Shown one piece after another: positions 16,283 through 23,715 of a DNA stretch of 31,971 bases. Within the stretch, counting starts at the first letter, position 1, and each line of letters begins with the position of its first letter. The translations under genes and the position numbers were made by a program. This stretch comes from Rubrobacteraceae bacterium. Lineage in GTDB: Bacteria > Actinomycetota > Rubrobacteria > Rubrobacterales > Rubrobacteraceae. The DNA lies in assembly GCA_049650165.1 (NCBI GenBank), contig JBARZO010000051.1, positions 1 through 31,971 of the forward strand. The letters are read 5' to 3'. The notes below the pieces were generated by a model. It did no database searches. It was not told where the DNA came from and was given only the letters and a program-made list of their open reading frames with translations.

Positions 16283-18088
16283 CTAGTAAAATCCGATATG
16301 GACGTGATCGTAGTGCTCGCCGGTGGCCCCATATCCACCATAAGGCGCCCACTGGTATCCGTTCCAAGAACCGGCGATTTGGTTCGCCCAGATGACGTAG
16401 TCCACCCTATATGCACCAGCGTTGTTCAAAGCAAAGCTCGCCAACGCATTACCGAGAGTATTATCTGCTGGATACAATCCCCACCCTTCCGAGACCAGAA
16501 TGTCTAGGGCCAGATCAGAAGTGGGTTGGTGGCCTGCGTATGTTGAGCTGGCGCAAGCTGCGATCTGTCGGCACGCTTCATCGGCAAACTCTTGTACGTG
16601 CGGCGCGACCGTGCCGCCTTGTACCACTACACTCTCTGTGGGAGCCGGTACGGGCTGTGGTGCCGGAGCAGGGCGCGCCGCACTATGTTCCTCCTCTGGC
16701 TCCGGTACTCTTTCAGGCACTTCACTCGCTGCCTGCTCTTCGGTCGCAAGCTGTAACTGTTCCTCCTCGTACTGCTCCTGGGCCGCCTGCTCTTCGGCAA
16801 GACGCTCGGCCTCCTTTTGCTGGGCGGCCTGCTCTGCTGCCTCCTCCTCTATCGCCAGCCGCTCGGCTTCACGCGCGGCCGCGCGCTGGGCTGCGGCCTG
16901 CCTTTCGGCTTCTTTCTCCGCAGCTTCTATGGCGGCTTGCTTCTCGGCGGCCTTCTGCTCCCTTGCGGCCTCTCTCTCAGCAGCTAGTTCGGCCTGCTTT
17001 TGGGCCTCTGCGAGTTCCTTCGCTTCCTGTTCGGCGGCGCGACGGGCCTCCGCCCGGCGTTGGGCTTCGAGTTCGGCCTCTTCAGCGGCCTGCTGGGCCT
17101 CTATCTCGGCCTGACGCTCGGCGGCTTTTTGTGCTTTTATCTCCGCGGCCTCGGCTGCCTTCCGAGCTTCTATGCGAGCCTGGCGATCCGCCGCTTCTTG
17201 CGCCTCCAACTGTGCAGCCTCAGCCGCCTTTTGTGCCTCTAGCTCAGCCTGACGCTGTTCGCGCAGTTCCGCCAACCGGGCCTCATCTTGGCCAGAGTCA
17301 GGTTCTTGGACCTGAGGTTGCGGCTCTGGAGCAGGGTCAGGGGCGGGGTCAGGAGCCGGAGCCGGTTTGACGGCGGCGGCTTTGGCGGCGAACTCCTGGC
17401 TAAGCTTTTCAGCTTTGGCGCGGGCAAGTTCGGCCTGGCGCTCTTGTTCGGCTTGTATGGAAGCCTGGACGTCCTCGGAGAGCGAGTTCAGATAATCTTC
17501 CGCTTTAGCCTCTGCCGCAGCTGCGGCATCTTTGCGGGCTACAGCTGCGTCAATGGTCTCCACACGCTCGGCGCGTTGGGCTTCGAGTCGGTCTTTTTGT
17601 GCCTGCAGATCATCCCGCGCCTCACTAACACGGTCGAATTCCGACCGCTCCTCGGCTAGAAGGTCCAGCCACAGATCCATCCTAGAAGAAAAATTCGAGA
17701 AGTCTTCTACGCCAACCAGAACATCCATGAACCCGACATTGCCACTCTTGTAAACCTGGGAGGCTCGGTCTTCGAGGTCTTTTTGGGCCTTGACTAGTCT
17801 GTCTTCAGCCTTGCTCAACTCAGCTTCAGTCTCTTTGATCTTCGCATCTAGCTCGTTCAACTCGAAGAGGGCACTATTGTAGGCATTCTGCGCTGCAGCG
17901 GCATCCCGGCGTACCTCCATCAGACGCTCCTGGGCAGTACCCAAATCACCCTGATTGTTCCCTGCGCCCTCTTGTGCCGCCCCAGCAGTGAGCCCGGTGA
18001 CGAGTACCAAGGCGCTTGCGAGGCTGAGAAACACGACTAAGCTCACCCTTCGAGACATCCGACCAGACTCCTCTCGCCTGTCATTCAA
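16283..18088 (-). CDS. Secreted PcsB/CwlO-like coiled-coil protein with C-terminal putative Zn-peptidase (M15/DD-peptidase-like) domain
   Basis: Signal peptide (start may be ATG 18058), CwlO-like N-terminal coil (RASQVYKSG..GFMDVL....DFS.F..R), long A/E/Q coiled coil with Pro-rich linkers, C-terminal GH...ALD...W...HYDHVHI. Confidence 0.8.
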   Translation of the reverse strand: MNDRREESGRMSRRVSLVVFLSLASALVLVTGLTAGAAQEGAGNNQGDLGTAQERLMEVRRDAAAAQNAYNSALFELNELDAKIKETEAELSKAEDRLVKAQKDLEDRASQVYKSGNVGFMDVLVGVEDFSNFSSRMDLWLDLLAEERSEFDRVSEARDDLQAQKDRLEAQRAERVETIDAAVARKDAAAAAEAKAEDYLNSLSEDVQASIQAEQERQAELARAKAEKLSQEFAAKAAAVKPAPAPDPAPDPAPEPQPQVQEPDSGQDEARLAELREQRQAELEAQKAAEAAQLEAQEAADRQARIEARKAAEAAEIKAQKAAERQAEIEAQQAAEEAELEAQRRAEARRAAEQEAKELAEAQKQAELAAEREAAREQKAAEKQAAIEAAEKEAERQAAAQRAAAREAERLAIEEEAAEQAAQQKEAERLAEEQAAQEQYEEEQLQLATEEQAASEVPERVPEPEEEHSAARPAPAPQPVPAPTESVVVQGGTVAPHVQEFADEACRQIAACASSTYAGHQPTSDLALDILVSEGWGLYPADNTLGNALASFALNNAGAYRVDYVIWANQIAGSWNGYQWAPYGGYGATGEHYDHVHIGFY

Positions 18089-18334
18089 ATTTTCTTTATC
18101 TCTAAAGGGGATTACTAAAGCGAATCCCCCCTCCTAAGCCAGAGACTCTAAAAGAAACGTCCCCTATCGCGCAACGTGCACACTATCGCTGGTTTATGCC
18201 TGTAAACCGTGATTTCGCTTAAATAAAAGGAATCTGCGTTTTAGCTTCGACACTTCATTTTAATAAAACTTAACATTTGCAATCAAAGTGTAAAGTCTTG
18301 TCACAACTTTGCCTCTGCAGACAGGCAATTTAGA

Positions 18335-18365
18335 GCACAAGATGTTGTGGATAGGCACAAGATGT
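18335..18365. repeat. Direct repeat GCACAAGATGT x2 (20-bp period) in an AT-rich intergenic region
   Basis: Copies at 18335-18345 and 18355-18365. Confidence 0.8.
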
Positions 18366-18481
18366 GTAATTCCAGCCTAAACCTATTTAACAGGGATAGT
18401 GTGGGTCGCAAAAGCTCCAATTTCGGAGTTTTTGCTGTGTCCAGGGTGTTTTAGGGTCGAAGGGTCAAACGTTTAAGAATG

Positions 18482-18964
18482 TTATTTCGGAAGTTTCTGG
18501 AGTGTGAGGAAAGCCCGCCAGAAGATTTTTTTGGCTCCCTCGTCGTCGAGGGCGGGGGCGAGGGCGGGCAGAGAAAGTCCAGCCACACTACTCGTCCAGG
18601 GGAACCAGGCTCCGTGGACCGCGTCTGAGAAAGAGCTTCGAGAAAGAGGGTAGTCTAGCCCGTCTATTTCGTGGTCCGCCTCGTGGCCAATAGAGATCAG
18701 GGCGGATGGTTGTAGGGAGAGTATCTCTTCTAACAGTACTCCGGTAGAAGACCAGGTGACGTAGGATTCCGAAAGTTTTATGGTTTCCAGGCTCTTCTGC
18801 AGAGCTTCGATTAATCGGGGGCCGACGGGTTGATCTACGACGATCACGATGCCGGAGGCAGGGTCTCCGAGAGGTGTGGGATGTCCGGCTTGTTTCAGGC
18901 GGCGGGCTATACCGAGAGCCTCCCGGGCGGCTTTCTTCCGGTAGTCGTCTTCAGGGCTCCGCAT
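18482..18964 (-). CDS. Hypothetical protein with degenerate uracil-DNA-glycosylase-like pattern
   Basis: ORF 18482..18997, ATG 18964 preferred. GDPASGIVIVVDQP...SYVT...LLEEILSLQPSALISIG parallels family-4 UDG segments. Confidence 0.55.
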   Translation of the reverse strand: MRSPEDDYRKKAAREALGIARRLKQAGHPTPLGDPASGIVIVVDQPVGPRLIEALQKSLETIKLSESYVTWSSTGVLLEEILSLQPSALISIGHEADHEIDGLDYPLSRSSFSDAVHGAWFPWTSSVAGLSLPALAPALDDEGAKKIFWRAFLTLQKLPK

Positions 18965-19363
18965 TGCAGGCTCGCTAGTGGGTCGCACTACGAACACGAA
19001 GAATTCGTCGAAGAGTTGTTAAGAACATTCCTACGGAAGCTAACCCGGCCTCACGCTCTATCTTGAGTCCCTCAGCACAGACCCGGCTCACCGGGAAAAC
19101 CGTTCTCGCCAACAAGACCCTGTAGGGCTGGGCCGCGGTCACAAAAAAGGATGTCGCGGAGGTTGGAGAAGTTGCTTTGTAGAAGAGAGGAACGCGCAGC
19201 TCAAGGTGCGGTGGGCCCATAATGGCTGAGCCTCCTTGTGAGTAGATTTCGAAGGTCCAGTAGCAAAGGTATATACGGTACCTGTTGTGACGGCTCTTCT
19301 CGATACACAAACAAGAGTGTATCTCTCGAACAAGGTTTCGAGAGCCCGGGGCTTCCAGCCGAG

Positions 19364-19392
19364 TTTACAGGCTCTGTGCATCTCTGTATAAT
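19364..19392 (+). promoter_or_regulatory. Putative sigma70-type promoter
   Basis: TTTACA-N17-TATAAT, 10 nt before in-frame ATG 19403. Confidence 0.7.
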
Positions 19393-19402
19393 CCTCCGAA
19401 TT

Positions 19403-20266
19403 ATGAGCGGGGGAAATGTGCGTCGCCTTCAAGACGCGAGGAGAAAGCGGGCAGCCAGAGAGGCATACAAGCAACCCCGACGGGCTCCCAGAAAGGCCTC
19501 CCAGTTGCGGCGTTCCGAACGTCGGTCCAGGGTAACCAAGAGTCGCGGGCGCCGCGACAAAATTCTGGCGGCCATTAATCAGGTTTACCAGCAGCGTCGC
19601 TTGCTGGTAGTCTCCCTGGCTCTTCTAGGTGTTTTGGCGCTGTTTCTCGCAGTTCTGGTTCAAAGTCCGGGTGCGGCGGACCAACCGCTTCCCGTAGACC
19701 CGAATGAGGCAGGCCCGGACGCCGTGTTGGCAGAGGCTGACGGCCTGGAGATTTCTACCCCGATACGCCCGGCGGATCTGACCGGGCTCGGCTACCACCC
19801 GGAAGGTGAGGGCGTCCTGGATCTGCAACCCGAAGGTAAGAATCTCTCAGCAAATCCACTGCTTGGCATGTTCAGCGGCACTTCCAACCCGCAAGACATC
19901 CGCTATTACGTAATGGACCGGGAACAGCGGGAAGGTTCCAGTACCGGCGCGCTCGACGTGGGGGCCGACGCAGGAACCAAAGTCTACGCGCCCGTTACGG
20001 GAGTCGTCACGGCGGTTCGGCCAGACCCCACCATGCAGAACGCGAACATAGTAGAGATCAAACCCGCTGAAGCTCCCAGCACCCGCGTATTCGTCTCACT
20101 TTTGCAAGAAGTCAGTGACAATATAGGGCCCGACGCCCCGGTCACCGCCGGGATGACTGAGCTCGGCTCTGTGGCGGACCTGGCAAGCGTTATGAAGCCT
20201 CAGCTAGCGGAGCACACTAAAGATCCCGGAAACCACGTTACGGTTTTCGTCCTGAAGATCAACTAA
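19403..20266 (+). CDS. Membrane-anchored protein with degenerate M23-peptidase-like domain
   Basis: Arg-rich cytoplasmic N-terminus, one TM helix, ALDVGADAGTKVYAPVTGVVTAV and VTAG.T.LG.V motifs. Start moved from 19238 based on the promoter position. Confidence 0.7.
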   Translation: MSGGNVRRLQDARRKRAAREAYKQPRRAPRKASQLRRSERRSRVTKSRGRRDKILAAINQVYQQRRLLVVSLALLGVLALFLAVLVQSPGAADQPLPVDPNEAGPDAVLAEADGLEISTPIRPADLTGLGYHPEGEGVLDLQPEGKNLSANPLLGMFSGTSNPQDIRYYVMDREQREGSSTGALDVGADAGTKVYAPVTGVVTAVRPDPTMQNANIVEIKPAEAPSTRVFVSLLQEVSDNIGPDAPVTAGMTELGSVADLASVMKPQLAEHTKDPGNHVTVFVLKIN

Positions 20267-20337
20267 GACAGTAAGGCGCCAACATTTTCGCTGCGGGTGT
20301 GTAACCCGTGGCGCGCGATGTACTATTATCTGCGCCC

Positions 20338-20997
20338 ATGATAATTAGTCTTTTCGAACAATGGCCGGCCCTTGCCGTAGCGATAGTAACGGGATTTATA
20401 GTGGGAATCACAATACACGAGGCGGCCCACGCCTATTCAGCCTACCGACTGGGGGACGATACGGCCTACCGGCAAGGACGGGTGACGCTCAACCCTTTGT
20501 CTCATCTGGATGTGCTCGGGAGCCTGATGCTCTTGATGGCCGGCTTTGGTTGGGGAAAGCCAACTCCGGTAATGCTTTCCAAGCTGCGGGGCGGCGTATT
20601 TGGACCCGTGATCGTGGCGCTCGCCGGTCCGGCGTCCAACCTGCTTATATTAGCTATTTGCGCTATTTTAATCCGGATTCCCACTTTTCAAAGCGGTTAT
20701 CTCGCCCTCACTGTTATAGGAGTGGCGTTCGTAAACGCGCTGCTCTTCGTGTTCAACCTGATCCCCATACCACCGCTCGACGGTTCGAAGATCATCTTTC
20801 CCTTCTTGCCCCGGGCGCTAGGTGGTTTCGTCAACTTCATGAACCAGTACGGGCCGATGATCCTGTTGGGGTTGGTGCTGTTACTCTTGTTCGCTCCTGG
20901 CGATTACTCACCGCTGAGCCTGATCCTGAATTTCATCGAGCCCTTGCTCACCTTTTTCGGAATTCCCTGGCCTCCCCCCGTTTCTATATCTAATTGA
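20338..20997 (+). CDS. Site-2 protease family (M50) intramembrane metalloprotease
   Basis: HEAAH, GRVTLNPLSHLD, AGPASN and FNLIPIPPLDG motifs. Confidence 0.95.
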   Translation: MIISLFEQWPALAVAIVTGFIVGITIHEAAHAYSAYRLGDDTAYRQGRVTLNPLSHLDVLGSLMLLMAGFGWGKPTPVMLSKLRGGVFGPVIVALAGPASNLLILAICAILIRIPTFQSGYLALTVIGVAFVNALLFVFNLIPIPPLDGSKIIFPFLPRALGGFVNFMNQYGPMILLGLVLLLLFAPGDYSPLSLILNFIEPLLTFFGIPWPPPVSISN

Positions 20998-21023
20998 TCT
21001 GACCAGAGCAGTCCAAGCAGAGA

Positions 21024-21076
21024 GGGCGGCTCCGAATCCGCATGAGGGGGGAGAAACTGCGAACCCGATGCCGCCC
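21024..21076 (-). ncRNA. Candidate small RNA or structured element: long hairpin with C-rich loop
   Basis: Minus strand GGGCGGCATCGGGTTCGCA-GTTTCTCCCCCCTCA-TGCGGATTCGGAGCCGCCC, with TAGAAT (21083-21088) 6 nt upstream. Confidence 0.45.
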
Positions 21077-21136
21077 ATACTTATTCTACTCCCAGTTTTC
21101 GAAACGTGTACCTAAAGTTTAGGTAAATATTCTCAG

Positions 21137-22960
21137 CTACTCAGCCCATCCATTATGCGGTTCGTCTGGTTTTTCGGAAAGGGGCAACACAACGGAGAAA
21201 ACGCTGCCGAAATCGGGTTTGCTTTCGACCTGGATCTCACCCCCGAGATGGTCTGTGATCTCACTGGCTAGGGCCAATCCTAGACCCGTCCCGTCGGCGC
21301 GGGAGGAACCTTGGGCCCGGTAGAAGCGGTCGAAGATATGTGGCAGCTCTTCCTCAGGGATGCCGCATCCCTGGTCCGTGACGCTAACGATCGCGTGCCC
21401 ATTCTCTCGGGAGAGGTCTAGGTCTACGGACGTGTCCGGGCCGGAGTATTTGAGAGCGTTGTCCACGAGAATGGTAATCATCCGGTGTAGCTGGGCGTGG
21501 TCCGTCTCTACCGGCGGCACCTCTTCCTCCGCGTGAACGTTGAGCGGGCGTCCCGTGTAGCCAAAGTCCCGCCGAAGCTCGTGCAGTAAGTCTGTTAGGT
21601 CTACCTCTTCACGCCGGAAGGTGACGGCGTTAGCGTCGAGGCGGCTCAAGTCCAGGAGCGTTAGGGCCAAGTTTTGCAGACGGTCGGTCTGGGCGCGCAT
21701 CTCGTCGAGGAAGCCTATCCGGACTTCTTCGCTCTCTTCGTCCTCCATCAACTCCAGATAGCCGGAGAGGGCGGAAAGTGGAGTCTTTAGCTCGTGGGAG
21801 GCGGTGGCTATGAACTCGGTCTTCGCCCGCTGCACCTGGCGCTCCTCGGTTACATCCCGAAGGATCGCGAGGGCGCCTTCTTCGAGGGGTGCGGCGCGAA
21901 CCTCGATCAGGCGGTTTCCGGCTTCCACAGCGGGTTCGGTCACGAGACCGTCGTGGCTGGCTTTGGCGAGGATCTCGTGCAACCGATTCCGGAACGTGCG
22001 GTCCGAGGAGTCCAGCACCTCCCGGGCACGAGGATTCAGAAAGATGGTGTTCAGGTCGGCGTTTACGCCCACGACGGCGTCGGTCATGCCGTCGAGGATA
22101 GCCCGTCCCCGTTCCTTTTCTTGCTCCACCTGTTGAAAAGCGCCTTGCAGAGAGACGGCCATCGAGTTGAACGTGTTGCCCAGAGAGCCGACTTCATCTT
22201 CTATACGAGTTTGTATGCGCTCGTCGAAGTTTCCGGCGGCGAGTCGCTCGGCGGCCAATCCGAGCCGGCTGACCCGCCGGGAGATCAAGGTAGCCACTAC
22301 GTAGCCCGAAAAACCGGTTATGAGTAGCGCCAGGATACCCGCCAGAAAGACCACTCGGTTGATCCCTTGTATGTCGGATTCAGCGTTGAGCTCGCTTTCG
22401 ACGAAGTATCTGGTAAAGACCACCGCCGTGCCTTGTTCCCCTGGAACACCACCTATTGGTGCGGCGTAGGTAGCGAGTTGCTGGCCCGCGCGAGGACCCG
22501 TTTCGACAGGTTCGATGGCTCGTCTGGGCTCACCGCTGTTTGTCGCTCTTTGGACCACCTGAGGAGTCCATTCGAGATTGCTGGAGCCTTGTAGCTTTCT
22601 CTGGTCCGAAGCCCGTACTATCCCCCACTGCAGCCCCTGGGATGCCGCAAAGGACTTAATCTTCTGGAGGGAAATATTTCCACCGTTGCGAACGAGCAAA
22701 TCTTCGTACGAATTACCCACTTGAGCAACGTAGGCTTCACTGGAGCGCTCCAGAGTATCAGTGAGGATAGGGCGTACGAGTTCATAAGCCGTTATCCCGG
22801 CAAAGGCCGTAACCAGCATAAACAGCGCCGTAAGCCACACCTGGATACCAATGCGGGGTTGGAGCCTGTCTCCCAGCTTCGGGAACAGACGGCGGCGGGG
22901 CTTGGGCCTGGGTTCGTGGTCTTGCCTCCGGCGGAGGACGTGTTTCTTACCGGAAAACAT
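21137..22960 (-). CDS. Sensor histidine kinase (2 TM, HAMP, PAS-like, HisKA, HATPase)
   Basis: ASHELKTPL, LVDNALKYS, DQGCGI, IFDRFYRA and GTGLGLAL motifs. ATG 22960 overlaps the end of the regulator gene; the ORF extends to 23008. Confidence 0.95.
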   Translation of the reverse strand: MFSGKKHVLRRRQDHEPRPKPRRRLFPKLGDRLQPRIGIQVWLTALFMLVTAFAGITAYELVRPILTDTLERSSEAYVAQVGNSYEDLLVRNGGNISLQKIKSFAASQGLQWGIVRASDQRKLQGSSNLEWTPQVVQRATNSGEPRRAIEPVETGPRAGQQLATYAAPIGGVPGEQGTAVVFTRYFVESELNAESDIQGINRVVFLAGILALLITGFSGYVVATLISRRVSRLGLAAERLAAGNFDERIQTRIEDEVGSLGNTFNSMAVSLQGAFQQVEQEKERGRAILDGMTDAVVGVNADLNTIFLNPRAREVLDSSDRTFRNRLHEILAKASHDGLVTEPAVEAGNRLIEVRAAPLEEGALAILRDVTEERQVQRAKTEFIATASHELKTPLSALSGYLELMEDEESEEVRIGFLDEMRAQTDRLQNLALTLLDLSRLDANAVTFRREEVDLTDLLHELRRDFGYTGRPLNVHAEEEVPPVETDHAQLHRMITILVDNALKYSGPDTSVDLDLSRENGHAIVSVTDQGCGIPEEELPHIFDRFYRAQGSSRADGTGLGLALASEITDHLGGEIQVESKPDFGSVFSVVLPLSEKPDEPHNGWAE

Positions 22961-23645
22961 ACCCCACACCCCGCGCGGTGTGAATAAACTCGGGGTTGCG
23001 GGGGTCACGTTCGATCTTCTCGCGAAGGTGTCGGATGTGTACGTCTACAGTTCTTTCGTCCCGGAATTCGTCTCCCCACACCCGCGTGAGCAGCGTGCTG
23101 CGAGAGAATACCCGACCGGGGTTCGAGGCGAGCGTCACCAGCAACTCGAACTCCGTGTAGGTGAGATCCACCTCCTCACCACCCACCGCTACCCGGCGGC
23201 TGGGAATGTTTATCTTCAGGCCATCGTAGCTGAGCTCATCCTGGCGCTGGCCCGCCGGTACCGCCACCCGGCGCATAATGGCCCTTATCCTCGCGACCAG
23301 TTCCCGAACCGCGAAAGGCTTGGTGACGTAATCGTCCGCCCCGAGTTCCAGCCCCACAACCCGGTCTATCTCGTCGTCGCGAGCCGTCAGCATGACGATA
23401 GGCACGTCGCTCGAAGAGCGGATGCGTCGGCAAACTTCCGTCCCGTCCAACTTGGGCAGCATAATGTCCAGAATAATGAGGTGTGGCTCGAAAGAACGGA
23501 ACGCTTCCAGAGCCTCCTCGCCGTCACCCGCGACTAGTACCTGAAATCCTTCTCGCTCCAGGGCATGCACCAGCATCTTCTGGAGCGACGGTTCGTCGTC
23601 TACCAGGAGAATTCTCCTCGTCATGCCTTGTACACCCTGGACCAT
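22947..23645 (-). CDS. OmpR/PhoB family response regulator (WalR/MtrA/RegX3-like)
   Basis: LLVDDE, LDIMLP, GADDYVTKPF, RTVDVHIRHLREKIE and TARGVGY motifs. Start may be ATG 23624. Confidence 0.96.
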   Translation of the reverse strand: MVQGVQGMTRRILLVDDEPSLQKMLVHALEREGFQVLVAGDGEEALEAFRSFEPHLIILDIMLPKLDGTEVCRRIRSSSDVPIVMLTARDDEIDRVVGLELGADDYVTKPFAVRELVARIRAIMRRVAVPAGQRQDELSYDGLKINIPSRRVAVGGEEVDLTYTEFELLVTLASNPGRVFSRSTLLTRVWGDEFRDERTVDVHIRHLREKIERDPRNPEFIHTARGVGYVFR

Positions 23646-23715
23646 AATCTACTCGCCTCTTCGCTTGCGCCGAGTGATCATAACTTTTTCGCGCTTTATT
23701 CTACCATCCTAGCCA

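Noticed and set aside
16640..17540. Repetitive GC-rich tract as CRISPR or tandem DNA repeat
   Set aside because: Explained by low-complexity Ala/Glu/Gln coiled-coil and Pro-rich linker coding; no repeat-spacer structure.
18089..18480. c-di-AMP (ydaO) riboswitch upstream of the cell-wall hydrolase
   Set aside because: Expected for this gene class in Actinobacteria, but the conserved aptamer segments are not visible on the minus strand. An Rfam scan would settle it.
20908..21078. 56-codon minus-strand ORF starting at the hairpin (MGGIGFAVSPP...)
   Set aside because: Runs antisense into the protease gene with no recognisable features; RNA structure explains the sequence better.
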